Virus record (IMG/VR): IMGVR_UViG_2518645623_000001 | Location: 1-43,022 of that record | Reading direction: 5' to 3' (one strand) | From: a virus | DNA: 43,022 bases | Shown: piece after piece, positions 23,467 through 30,848 of the stretch | Numbering within the stretch: position 1 is the stretch's first letter | Layout of the letters: each line of letters begins with the position of its first letter | Program-made: the position numbers and the translations under genes | The notes under the pieces: model-generated | What the model was told of the DNA's origin: nothing | Databases searched by the model: none | The model's input: the letters and a program-made list of their open reading frames with translations, nothing else

Positions 23467-24486
23467 TTAGCTGGGATGGCGATGGGTGGCGCGGATGCTC
23501 GCGCAGCTGGGGTGGGGGCAGGTGATGCAGACGGGGCCGGTCGGCTGGTGGCGTGGGGTGAGGACGTCCAGGACGGCGCCGAGCCGGTAGAGCGGGACGA
23601 GGCGGCCGTTCTGCAGGCGCTGGCCGTAGGGCATGAGGCGGCCGCGGTGCACGTAGCCGCGGATGGTGGCGGCGGTGATGGGCTGGCCCAGGCGGGTGAT
23701 GGCGCGGGCGATCTCGGGCGCCGTGGCCAGCACGTCCTCCGCGCTCCACAGCAACCATGCCCGTCGCGCCTCGATCTCGTAGACGAGGTGGCAGCCGTCG
23801 CATTCCACGATGAGGGCACCCGGGCGCCCGTACATGTCCTCGTCGCACTCGTCGCAGGGGCCCGCGTACACCTGCTCGGCGGGCCGGTCGACGGCGCGGC
23901 GGGCAGCGCGGACGGCTTCCACGATCTGGTCGTAGGCGGTCTGGCCGTCGGCGTGGTGGCGGAGCCAGCCGACGCGGGGGCGCAGCCAGGCCGCCAGGCC
24001 GGGAAGGGTGGTCGGGGGCGGTGGGATGCGGCGGGCCAGCGCGCAGGACGGGTGACGGCACGTGCCGTAGCGGGTGTGGCAGGTGGGCCCGGCGTGCGTG
24101 GGCCGGTGGCTGCGCACACCGGTCTCGTCGGCGACGCGAGCGGCCCAGCGGGCGAGGACGGCGTGCAGCTGGGCGGCGGCGTCGGAGGCGCGGGCGTCGC
24201 CGGGCGAGCGTCCTGCGTGGAGCGTGAGCGGAGCGCGGGCGAGCGGGGCCTGGTCGACGTCGTCGGATGCGGCGCGGCGGCCGCGGCTGTTGCGGACAAT
24301 GCGGGCTTCGCCGGCGCGGGCGATGTCCAGGTCCCACGCCAGGCCGTGATGCTCGGCGATCCGCGCCAGGTGCTCGTCCAGCCGGTAGGCGCAGGAGGGG
24401 CAGAGGGTGGCGTTCGGGGCGGGGGCGCCGCAGCCGCAGACAGGGTCCATAAGCGCCTCGCTACCAGCGACGATGATGATCGTCAT
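23467..24486 (-). CDS. Cys-rich DNA-binding-like protein (possible late-gene regulator)
   Basis: 339-aa ORF. The better-placed start may be ATG 24450 (MDPVCGCGAP...), preceded by GCGAGG. Has several CxxC/CxC clusters and an HTH-like stretch, APEIARAITRLGQPITAATIRGYVHRG. Confidence 0.7.
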   Translation of the reverse strand: MTIIIVAGSEALMDPVCGCGAPAPNATLCPSCAYRLDEHLARIAEHHGLAWDLDIARAGEARIVRNSRGRRAASDDVDQAPLARAPLTLHAGRSPGDARASDAAAQLHAVLARWAARVADETGVRSHRPTHAGPTCHTRYGTCRHPSCALARRIPPPPTTLPGLAAWLRPRVGWLRHHADGQTAYDQIVEAVRAARRAVDRPAEQVYAGPCDECDEDMYGRPGALIVECDGCHLVYEIEARRAWLLWSAEDVLATAPEIARAITRLGQPITAATIRGYVHRGRLMPYGQRLQNGRLVPLYRLGAVLDVLTPRHQPTGPVCITCPHPSCASIRATHRHPS

Positions 24487-24516
24487 CGTACGCCGAAGGC
24501 AGGGCGGTCGAACGTA

Positions 24517-24759
24517 TTAGCGATCGTGTGGTCGGGTGTCGCCGGTCACGGGATCACGCAGCGGGACCCCGCGTGCGCGGGCGATGAGCAACAGGAGACC
24601 GGCGCAGGCGGCGAGGCCGTCGAGGACGGCCTGGACGTCGCCGTCGGCGAGCCGGGCGAGCGCCGCGGCCGCGGCCGGCCGGTCGCCGCCGAGCTCGGCC
24701 GCCAGGGCGCGGGCGCCGAGCTCACCACCGGTGGGCGGTGAGCTCGGCGCACGGGTCAT
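24517..24759 (-). CDS. Hypothetical small protein
   Basis: 80-aa ORF with G/C-rich third positions. ATG at 24759 lies at the foot of the hairpin 24759..24778. Confidence 0.5.
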   Translation of the reverse strand: MTRAPSSPPTGGELGARALAAELGGDRPAAAAALARLADGDVQAVLDGLAACAGLLLLIARARGVPLRDPVTGDTRPHDR

Positions 24760-24778
24760 GAGGGCACGGTAGCCCTCA
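24759..24778 (-). repeat. Stop-hairpin-start element, copy 1 (TGAGGGC-N6-GCCCTCA)
   Basis: Minus strand reads TGA GGGCTACCGTGCCC TC ATG. The 5' arm holds the stop codon of 24776..25219 and the 3' arm abuts the start codon of 24517..24759. Identical 20-mer at 25292..25311. Confidence 0.8.
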
Positions 24779-25219
24779 AAGCGGATCGCGGCGGGGGCGC
24801 TGCTCGCCCCCGCCGCGATCCAGGTGGTACACGAACAGGTCCAGCATGCGCATGGTCTCCTGGGGGGAGGCGTGCTGGGCGAGGTCGGTGACCATGGCGG
24901 TGATCCACGCGGCCATGTCGACGGGGGTGGCGCCGGTGAGCGCCCGCGCGGCCACGTCGGCGTAGCTGCGGGCGACGTCGTCGTGGAGCGAGGCCGCTTG
25001 GCGCAGCTTGGGGTCGGGGTCTGCGAGGATCTGGGGGCGCATCATGCGGACACGGTCCAGCGTCGCTGCGGCCGTCCACCCGGTGGCTGTCCATCCGTCG
25101 GAGTGGGACAAGCCTCCCTCGCGTAGGCGACGGGTCATTTCGTCGTGCCGGTCCAGCGCCTCCCGGAGCAGCGTCCTTGGATGAGGGCGGTCGTCGTTGG
25201 CGTCGGTCTTGTCGGTCAT
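24776..25219 (-). CDS. Hypothetical protein, paralog of 25309..25716
   Basis: 147 aa. Shares with its neighbour the patterns MTD..., L.EALD.H.E.TR.LRE, AA.WITSMVT.LA and M.LFVYHLD. Confidence 0.75.
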   Translation of the reverse strand: MTDKTDANDDRPHPRTLLREALDRHDEMTRRLREGGLSHSDGWTATGWTAAATLDRVRMMRPQILADPDPKLRQAASLHDDVARSYADVAARALTGATPVDMAAWITAMVTDLAQHASPQETMRMLDLFVYHLDRGGGEQRPRRDPL

Positions 25220-25287
25220 GGGTGTCTGCTTCCAGTGCGTGTGGCGGTCGTGGTCTGCTGCTGCTCATGTTCGTCGGCGGGCGCCAC
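25216..25287 (-). pseudogene. Relic of the 3' end of the membrane-protein gene, carried along by a tandem duplication
   Basis: Reads VAPADEHEQQQTTTATRTGSRHP*, compared with the intact gene end ...TTAPADEHEQQTTAAHSREQT* at 25713. It keeps the ATGA overlap with the following paralog. Confidence 0.55.
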
Positions 25288-25291
25288 ACCG

Positions 25292-25311
25292 TGAGGGCAC
25301 GGTAGCCCTCA
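25292..25311 (-). repeat. Stop-hairpin element, copy 2 (TGAGGGC-N6-GCCCTCA)
   Basis: Same 20-mer as 24759..24778. Contains the stop codon of 25309..25716. Confidence 0.8.
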
Positions 25312-25716
25312 CTGCGGATCGAGGTGGTACACGAAGAGGTTCATGATGTGCAATGTCTGCGCGGCGGAGAATTCCCGCATTGCGAGGCCGGTGACCATAC
25401 TCGTGATCCATGTAGCGGCCTCGAAGAAGCTCGGTTCAGTGCCCAGCACCTGTACGGCCATCTCGGCGTAGACGCGCGCGAGACTGTCGTGATCCATTGC
25501 CTGCTCGCGCAGCTCGGGGTCCGACGCCGCGAGGCTCTGGGTGCGCATCGACCGGGCCCGTTCGAGCGCTGCGGCGGCTGACCACTCGGGGGCTTCTCTG
25601 CCAGCGAGGACGTCGATGGCGTCGGGGACACCCAGCTCCCGGAGCTGTCGGGTGATCTCCTCGTGCCAGTCCAGCGCCTCCTGCAGCGATCTCGCTGCGG
25701 GGCGGTCGTCGGTCAT
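25309..25716 (-). CDS. Hypothetical protein, paralog of 24776..25219
   Basis: 135-aa ORF. ATG at 25716 is in an ATGA overlap with the upstream stop. See the paralog motifs listed for 24776..25219. Confidence 0.75.
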   Translation of the reverse strand: MTDDRPAARSLQEALDWHEEITRQLRELGVPDAIDVLAGREAPEWSAAAALERARSMRTQSLAASDPELREQAMDHDSLARVYAEMAVQVLGTEPSFFEAATWITSMVTGLAMREFSAAQTLHIMNLFVYHLDPQ

Positions 25717-26063
25717 GTCTGCTCCCGAGAGTGGGCGGCCGTGGTCTGCTGCTCATGTTCGTCGGCGGGCGCCGTCGTCAGCCAGCCGCACGGCCGACAC
25801 CGGCCGGTATCGGCCTCGTGACGCAGATGCAGATGGGGTGCCAGGAACCACGCCGAGGCGAGGGCTCCGATGAAGCCGAGCGCCAGCTGGACGATCCTGG
25901 CCTGCGCAGTCGGGCCCAGGACGGCGCACGTCAGGAGGGCGTGCGCCGAGACCAGGACGCAGAGCAGACCGGCCCGCACGGCGCCGCGGCCGATGAGGAT
26001 CAGCCCGGACGCGGCCAGCGTCCACCCGTGAAGGGTGAGCAGGGCGAACACCATGAGGTCCAT
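25713..26063 (-). CDS. Membrane protein (about three TM helices)
   Basis: Last 116 codons of ORF 25713..26546 (MDLMVFALLTLHGWTLAASGLILIG...LLCVLVSAHALLTCAVLG...LALGFIGALASAWFLAP). ATGA overlap at 26063. Confidence 0.7.
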   Translation of the reverse strand: MDLMVFALLTLHGWTLAASGLILIGRGAVRAGLLCVLVSAHALLTCAVLGPTAQARIVQLALGFIGALASAWFLAPHLHLRHEADTGRCRPCGWLTTAPADEHEQQTTAAHSREQT

Positions 26064-26779
26064 CAGCGGCCACCGATGTAGTTCAGGGCCAGGTTCGCGC
26101 GGTTCAGCAGCTCCAGGAGCGCCTCGATGTCGCCCCAGGCGTGCGCGATGAACGCCGTGTTCGCCGCGTACAGGTCGTCGCGCTGGATCGGGTCCTGCAC
26201 CGATAGGGGCGGGGCGACGTAGGCCACGGGCGTCTCTTCGTCGGCGCCGTGGTCGGCGATGATGGCGCCGCCGTGCTGTCGCCACGGCCCTCGGCTGGCG
26301 GCGGCGTGCCGCGCCCGGATCGCCTGGACCGCGGCCGGCTCGTCGGGCGTGTCCGTCGGGTCCGTCGGGTTCGGCATCAGAGCGCGGCCGAGCTCGCCAA
26401 GGATGATGATCACCTCGGGTTGGGTGGCGCCGAGCATGCTCAGCGCGGCCAGCTGCGCGGACACCCAGACCAGAGTCTCCCCGATGGAGGCGTGGGGAGC
26501 CTGCCGCATGAGGCGGGCCTGCAGGTCGCCCACGTCGGCCAGGCACTGCGCCATCACCTGCCGGGCCTCGGGGATGAGTTCGCTCGCACGCTGGCTGTCG
26601 TCCAGGGCCTGCAGCTGGCGCGGCAGGTCCCAGGCGTCGCCGACGCCGTTCGCGTCCAGGCGCCCGACGGTCGCGCCGTCCTGGTCCACGCCGAGCAGGT
26701 TCGCCACCATGTCGTAGACCCGCGTGCGGCGTTCGTCGCAGGCGGCGTGGTCAGTGCAGGTGTGGCTGTGGAGGGTCAT
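26063..26779 (-). CDS. Protein with a C-terminal Ead/Ea22-like domain, paralog of 26806..27465
   Basis: 238 aa. Both paralogs share IRARHAAASRGPW... and ANTAFIAHAWGDIEALLELL near the C-terminus. Confidence 0.75.
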   Translation of the reverse strand: MTLHSHTCTDHAACDERRTRVYDMVANLLGVDQDGATVGRLDANGVGDAWDLPRQLQALDDSQRASELIPEARQVMAQCLADVGDLQARLMRQAPHASIGETLVWVSAQLAALSMLGATQPEVIIILGELGRALMPNPTDPTDTPDEPAAVQAIRARHAAASRGPWRQHGGAIIADHGADEETPVAYVAPPLSVQDPIQRDDLYAANTAFIAHAWGDIEALLELLNRANLALNYIGGR

Positions 26780-26805
26780 GGGTTGTTGTTCCTTCCCTTG
26801 GGTGG

Positions 26806-27465
26806 TCAGCGGATGTGGTGGGTGCGGTCCATGGCGTCCTGCAGGTCAGCGGCGATGGAGTCGAGCGTCTCGATCAGGTCGCGGATGTCACCCCATGCGT
26901 GCGCGAAGAACGCGCGGTTGGCGGTGGCCACCTGGTCCCGGCGCTCGTCGTCGCCGCCCGGCGGGGGCGGGACGACGTAGGCGATCGGTGCCGGGCCGCC
27001 GTCGCTGTCTCCCACGGGTGAGATGACGGCGGACGAGGTGAAGCTGTGGGGGCCGCGGCTGGCGGCGGCGTGGCGGGCGCGGATGGCGTCCAGGTCGATG
27101 TCGTCGCTGATGAACCGCTGGTATTCCGGCTCGGCCTCCCACAGGCGGCCGGCGAACTCGCCGAAGACCAGCAGCATCTCGGCGGGGTCGACGCCGTGGA
27201 TCAGCAGCGAGCCGAGCTGGGATGTGGCCCACACCATCGCCTCGCCGACGCCGACGGGGCGGCCGCCGAACGCCGCCTCGAACCGCTGCATGAGGAACGC
27301 GGCGTCGGTGTCGGCCTGCGCCTGGACGAGCGCGGTCCGCGGGCTGCGCTGGTGCCGGGCCCGGTTGTCGGCGAGCATGTCCAGCTGCTGGTCCAGGTCC
27401 CAGGTGGCGGGCAGGTCGTAGGCCGCGAAGCGGGACGGCAACGCGTCGTCGTGGTGGTCGGTCAT
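26806..27465 (-). CDS. Protein with a C-terminal Ead/Ea22-like domain, paralog of 26063..26779
   Basis: ATG at 27465 (MTDHHDDALPSRF...). Contains IRARHAAASRGPH... and ANRAFFAHAWGDIRDLIETL. The upstream extension in the ORF track is an Arg/Pro shadow. Confidence 0.75.
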   Translation of the reverse strand: MTDHHDDALPSRFAAYDLPATWDLDQQLDMLADNRARHQRSPRTALVQAQADTDAAFLMQRFEAAFGGRPVGVGEAMVWATSQLGSLLIHGVDPAEMLLVFGEFAGRLWEAEPEYQRFISDDIDLDAIRARHAAASRGPHSFTSSAVISPVGDSDGGPAPIAYVVPPPPGGDDERRDQVATANRAFFAHAWGDIRDLIETLDSIAADLQDAMDRTHHIR

Positions 27466-28970
27466 GGTGTCCTTCCGGTGAGGTGGGCGTGGGCGGCGGC
27501 GAGCTGCCGCTGCTCGTGGTCGGTGGGCGGCGCCGCGGCGTGCCAGGTGCAGGGCCAGCAGCGGCCGTCGTGGACGGTGGGGGCGCCGCAGGTGGGGCAG
27601 ATGTCGCCTGCGGCCAGGTCGGCGCGGGCGCGGGCGGCGGCGGCGTGCAGCAGGTCCAGGTGGTGGCGGCCGGTGAGCCGCCACGGTTCGGCGGCGGCGA
27701 TGCGTTCGACGCTGGCGGCCAGGACGTCGGAGGTCAGCGCGGCGCACGGGGACATGCGGGGTCGCTGCTCGTCCAGGAGGCGGTCCAGGCGGCGGGCGAG
27801 CTCGGCCCGCACCCAGGGCGGGGCATCGCGCAGGGCGCGCGGCATGGCCGCCAGCGCGGTCCAGGCGGCGCGGGAGGCTCGCGGCCGCGGGGCACCGGCG
27901 CCGGGGTGGCGGCCGTCGGCGCGGTCCGGCGGCCGCACCGGCGCCGGTGCGTTCCCGGGGCGTGCGTCGGGATCGGGAGCATGATCGTTTTTCGGCTCGC
28001 GCAGCGTCTCCTTCGCGGGCGCGTCACCTACGTGCACGCTGCCGCGAGGCTTAGCACTCACCTCCCTGAACTCACCCCCCTGAGAGAACCCCCCTGTAGT
28101 GCCGGGATCTCCGGGAGTGGCGTTGACCTGCAGATACTCGGCGTCGGCGCAGGTGGGAGCGAGTGTGTCCACATTCTGAGATTCGCGGACGGGATTTCCG
28201 GGAGTGGCGGTGACCTGCGGGGATTCGGTGTCGTCGCAGGTGGGAGCGGGCGCGTCCGGCGCCGGGTTTTCCACAGGGGCGGGGAGGGTGGCGGGGGCGG
28301 ATCGCAGGGTCGTGCGCCAGGTCAGGACGCGTCCTGCGTCGTCGCGTTCGGGCTCGCTGGTGGCGTAGCCAGCGGCGGCCAGGGCGTGCAGGTCACCGGT
28401 GGTGGCGTGCAGGCGTTCACCGCGCCGTTCTCCCGCGAGCGCGGCGGCGCCGCCGCGGCGCACGCGCACGGTCACCCCGCCGACGGTCGCGCCGTCGGCG
28501 AGCTCGGCGACGAGCAGGCCCCGCTGCCGGTAGGACAGGCGCCGGTCCCGCGCCGTCGCCCACGGCACGTGGAGGAAGCCCGAGCCGTCGTCGGGCGGCG
28601 CCGCGCTCCGGTTCAGCGCGTACACCAGGTCGTCCTCGGACCGGCCGGCGACCGCGACCGCGTACCCGACGGCCACGGCCTCACGGAGGAGGCCGGCGAG
28701 GGCGTCGCGGCCCTCGACGGCGGGGTCGTGGCGGGTCGCCCGCCACAGCGCCTGAGCCGTCCAGGTCCAGCCGTCGACGTGCGTCCACCACTCGGCGACC
28801 AAGCCGAGCGCGGCGCGGGTGAGGCGGCGGTCCCTGGCGACGCGGCGCAGCAGCGGCGGCGTGCGCTGGCCGGTGCGGGCGGGGGCGATGCCGTCGTGGC
28901 CGTGCCCGGCGGCGCGCTGCTGCCGGGCGGCGCGGTGCGGGGCTGCGGTGCCCCGTGTCCCAGTGTCCAT
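27462..28970 (-). CDS. Putative replication initiator/origin-binding protein with a C-terminal zinc ribbon
   Basis: 502 aa. ATG at 28970 is preceded by GGGAGGA. Has a winged-helix-like N-terminal half, a lower-GC repeat-containing linker, and ICPTCGAPTVHDGRCWPCTW at the C-terminus. It is the largest early gene, and no polymerase, helicase or primase was recognised elsewhere. Confidence 0.55.
   Translation of the reverse strand: MDTGTRGTAAPHRAARQQRAAGHGHDGIAPARTGQRTPPLLRRVARDRRLTRAALGLVAEWWTHVDGWTWTAQALWRATRHDPAVEGRDALAGLLREAVAVGYAVAVAGRSEDDLVYALNRSAAPPDDGSGFLHVPWATARDRRLSYRQRGLLVAELADGATVGGVTVRVRRGGAAALAGERRGERLHATTGDLHALAAAGYATSEPERDDAGRVLTWRTTLRSAPATLPAPVENPAPDAPAPTCDDTESPQVTATPGNPVRESQNVDTLAPTCADAEYLQVNATPGDPGTTGGFSQGGEFREVSAKPRGSVHVGDAPAKETLREPKNDHAPDPDARPGNAPAPVRPPDRADGRHPGAGAPRPRASRAAWTALAAMPRALRDAPPWVRAELARRLDRLLDEQRPRMSPCAALTSDVLAASVERIAAAEPWRLTGRHHLDLLHAAAARARADLAAGDICPTCGAPTVHDGRCWPCTWHAAAPPTDHEQRQLAAAHAHLTGRTP
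28104..28248. repeat. Two 58-nt direct repeats spaced 87 nt apart inside the initiator-like gene (candidate ori iterons)
   Basis: GGGATcTCCGGGAGTGGCGtTGACCTGC...CGCAGGTGGGAGCG at 28104..28161 and again at 28191..28248. They lie in a locally lower-GC stretch (28020..28260). Confidence 0.6.
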
Positions 28971-29100
28971 CCTGGGTCCTCCCGATCGTGGGCATGCTCA
29001 TATCGCCCGTCGGCGCGGCCGGAAGGGCTGCGCCTGCGCGCCGCCGCGCGGCGCGTGGGCGTGTCAGGTCTCGCGGGGGCCGCCGGTCGGCGGCGGCTGG

Positions 29101-29313
29101 TCAGGCGGCAGGCGGCTCCTGGATGGGGTGGGGCACGGTGGTGCCGTTGGGCGTGAGGGGCCGGGGCGGGGCGGGCGGCGCCGGCGGCGCGTGCGGCTGG
29201 CACCTGGGCCCGTTGACGAACAGGCGGGTCGGGGTGGCGCCGCAGCGGCCGCCGGGCACGGGCTGGCGGCAGGGGCGCGAGTACGGCGCCGCGCGGCGCC
29301 GGGGCGCGGTCAT
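29101..29313 (-). CDS. Small Cys-containing Pro-rich protein
   Basis: MTAPRRRAAPYSRPCRQPVPGGRCGATPTRLFVNGPRCQPH... ATG at 29313 is in an ATGA overlap with the upstream stop. Confidence 0.5.
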   Translation of the reverse strand: MTAPRRRAAPYSRPCRQPVPGGRCGATPTRLFVNGPRCQPHAPPAPPAPPRPLTPNGTTVPHPIQEPPAA

Positions 29314-29753
29314 CGCTGGCCGCCGGGTGCGTCGTCCGGGTGGGCGGCGGCGTACTGCTGCAGGAGCGTGGCGGCGAAGCGGCCGGTCGGCCTGACAGGG
29401 ATGCCCTGCTGCTTGGCCCAGGCGCGGATTCGCGCGGCCTGCTGCGGCGGGATGCGCCGCTCGGCCTGCCTGGACGAGCGGCGTGGCGACAGCGGCGGCA
29501 GCGGCAGCGTCGTGCCGTGGACGTCGTCCGGCGTCAGCAGCCCGGAGGTGAGCGCGAGCGCGACGGCCTGCGCCGTGGTCCGTGCCCCGAGCAGCCCGAG
29601 GACCTGGCTTCGGGTCGAGCGGATCAGGCTCTGGCTCACACACCAGCGGCGGGCCAGCTGGCTGTCCTGCACGCCGCGGCACGCGGCGACGAGGACCGCG
29701 TGGTGTCGGGGCGCGAGCGGCGGCTGCGCCCCCGGCGCCTCCTGCCCCGTCAC
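29310..29753 (-). CDS. LuxR/GerE-type HTH fused to an Lsr2-like C-terminal DNA-binding domain
   Basis: 147 aa with GTG at 29753 in a GTGA overlap. LAPRHHAVLVAACRGVQDSQLARRWCVSQSLIRSTRSQVLGLLGARTTAQAVALAL fits the LuxR C-terminal HTH pattern. PQQAARIRAWAKQQGIPVRPTGRFAATLLQQYAAAH fits the Lsr2 DNA-binding motif (IR.WA...G..V...GR.......Y.AA). Confidence 0.75.
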   Translation of the reverse strand: MTGQEAPGAQPPLAPRHHAVLVAACRGVQDSQLARRWCVSQSLIRSTRSQVLGLLGARTTAQAVALALTSGLLTPDDVHGTTLPLPPLSPRRSSRQAERRIPPQQAARIRAWAKQQGIPVRPTGRFAATLLQQYAAAHPDDAPGGQR

Positions 29754-30139
29754 GTCCGGCCCCGGCGCAGGCGGGCGAGCAGGTCACGAACGCCGTCCAG
29801 CAGGCCGTCCGGCGGCGGCCCGCCGGGGTCGGGGGCGACGCCCAGGCGGCGCGGCGGCGGGGAGTACGGGCGGCCGGTCTGGATCGCGTACCGCCAGCAC
29901 GTCGCGACGTGGATCATGGCGCGCTGCTCGTGGCGGCCGATGGACTCGCCGCGGTGCAGGTGCCGGGAGCGCCAGACGGCGCCGTCGCGCCAGACGGCGA
30001 TGCTCCCGCCGTCGTGCGGCGCGGCGTCGACCCAGACCGTCAGGCCGCGGGTGTTGGTGGTGCGCCGTACAGGCTGTTCGCAGCCCCACGGGCACCGGTC
30101 CAGGCCGTGCAGGTCACGGCTGGTGACGCGGCGGATCAT
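29750..30139 (-). CDS. Hypothetical protein with CPWGC motif
   Basis: ATG at 30139 lies 5 nt after AGGAGG. Reads MIRRVTSRDLHGLDRCPWGCEQPVRRTTNTRGLTVWVDAAPHDGG... Confidence 0.65.
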   Translation of the reverse strand: MIRRVTSRDLHGLDRCPWGCEQPVRRTTNTRGLTVWVDAAPHDGGSIAVWRDGAVWRSRHLHRGESIGRHEQRAMIHVATCWRYAIQTGRPYSPPPRRLGVAPDPGGPPPDGLLDGVRDLLARLRRGRT

Positions 30140-30170
30140 CGGCACCTCCTGCTGGCATGGGTCCGGCCCC

Positions 30171-30387
30171 GCTGCCCTCCCCCCTGGGGGCAGCGAGGCC
30201 GGACGGATGGGGCGCCCCCGCCGCCCCGGAAGGAGAGGGGCGGGGGCGCCGTGCGCCGCCCTCGCGCGGGCCCGGGAGGAGCCGGGTCCGCGCGTCGCGA
30301 GGGGGCGGCGCGGGATGTCCTGCCTCACGGGAGCGAGAGGCAGGACGACGGCCGCGCGGTGGACGGCGGGCGCGGGCGCCGTCCACC
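30171..30387 (-). other. Cluster of four strong GC hairpins in a non-coding gap of about 250 nt
   Basis: Stems lie at 30171..30194 (GCTGCCC/GGGCAGC), 30211..30250 (GGCGCCCCCGCC/GGCGGGGGCGCC), 30317..30346 (GTCCTGCCT/AGGCAGGAC) and 30358..30387 (GGTGGACGGCG/CGCCGTCCACC). Confidence 0.6.
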
Positions 30388-30396
30388 GCGCGGAGC

Positions 30397-30501
30397 TCAC
30401 GGACGCCGCCGGGCCCGCCGCGCCGCGCGCTGGTCCTCCGCGCGGAACGTCCACCAGACCGCCGCCCCGGAGGCCGCCATCGCGACCAGGTACGCGGTCA
30501 C
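30397..30501 (-). CDS. Possible 34-aa membrane peptide
   Basis: GTG at 30501 is in a GTGA overlap with the upstream stop. Reads VTAYLVAMAASGAAVWWTFRAEDQRAARRARRRP. Too short for confidence. Confidence 0.3.
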   Translation of the reverse strand: MTAYLVAMAASGAAVWWTFRAEDQRAARRARRRP

Positions 30502-30848
30502 CGGGGCCGCCGCAGCGCCAGCTCGTCCAGCGCCCGGATGGTCCACCACGCGGCGACGCTGGCGGACAGGACCGTGGCGACCGCCGAGACGGCGGCGGTG
30601 TCCCACATCGCCCACGACGCTGCCGCCGCCATGTGCGCGGCGCACAGCACCGCCGCGACGCCCAGACCGATGATCCCGGCGCCCCACGCCGCCAGCAGCG
30701 CACCGGCCGCCAGGCGCCGCAGCAGCAGCCGCTGCCGGGGCGAGATGCTCCACCGGCGGCGGTGACGGCCGTGCGCCACGATCTGCAGTTCCGAGGTCAG
30801 CCGTGACCGGCGCTCGCCTTCGTGTCGGCCCTCGATCGCCGCCGTCAC
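30498..30848 (-). CDS. Membrane protein (about three TM helices)
   Basis: 116 aa with GTG at 30848 in a GTGA overlap. Hydrophobic stretches are LAAGALLAAWGAGIIGLGVAAVLCAAHMAAAASWAMW and AAVSAVATVLSASVAAWW. Confidence 0.6.
   Translation of the reverse strand: MTAAIEGRHEGERRSRLTSELQIVAHGRHRRRWSISPRQRLLLRRLAAGALLAAWGAGIIGLGVAAVLCAAHMAAAASWAMWDTAAVSAVATVLSASVAAWWTIRALDELALRRPR

Noticed and set aside
20448-24741. Long plus-strand ORFs antisense to the terminase and early genes (20448..21965, 23275..24741), and minus-strand alternates (23436..24299, 23450..24337)
   Set aside because: Arg/Gly/Pro-rich translations with no motifs. The opposite or other frame holds genes with clear motifs (TerL, the Cys-rich protein).
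27483-30806. Plus-strand ORFs of 435-557 aa across the replication region (27483..29156, 28819..30126, 29340..30806, 29582..30673)
   Set aside because: Shadow frames antisense to the coupled minus-strand early genes. Low-complexity Arg/Gly/Ala/Pro sequence.
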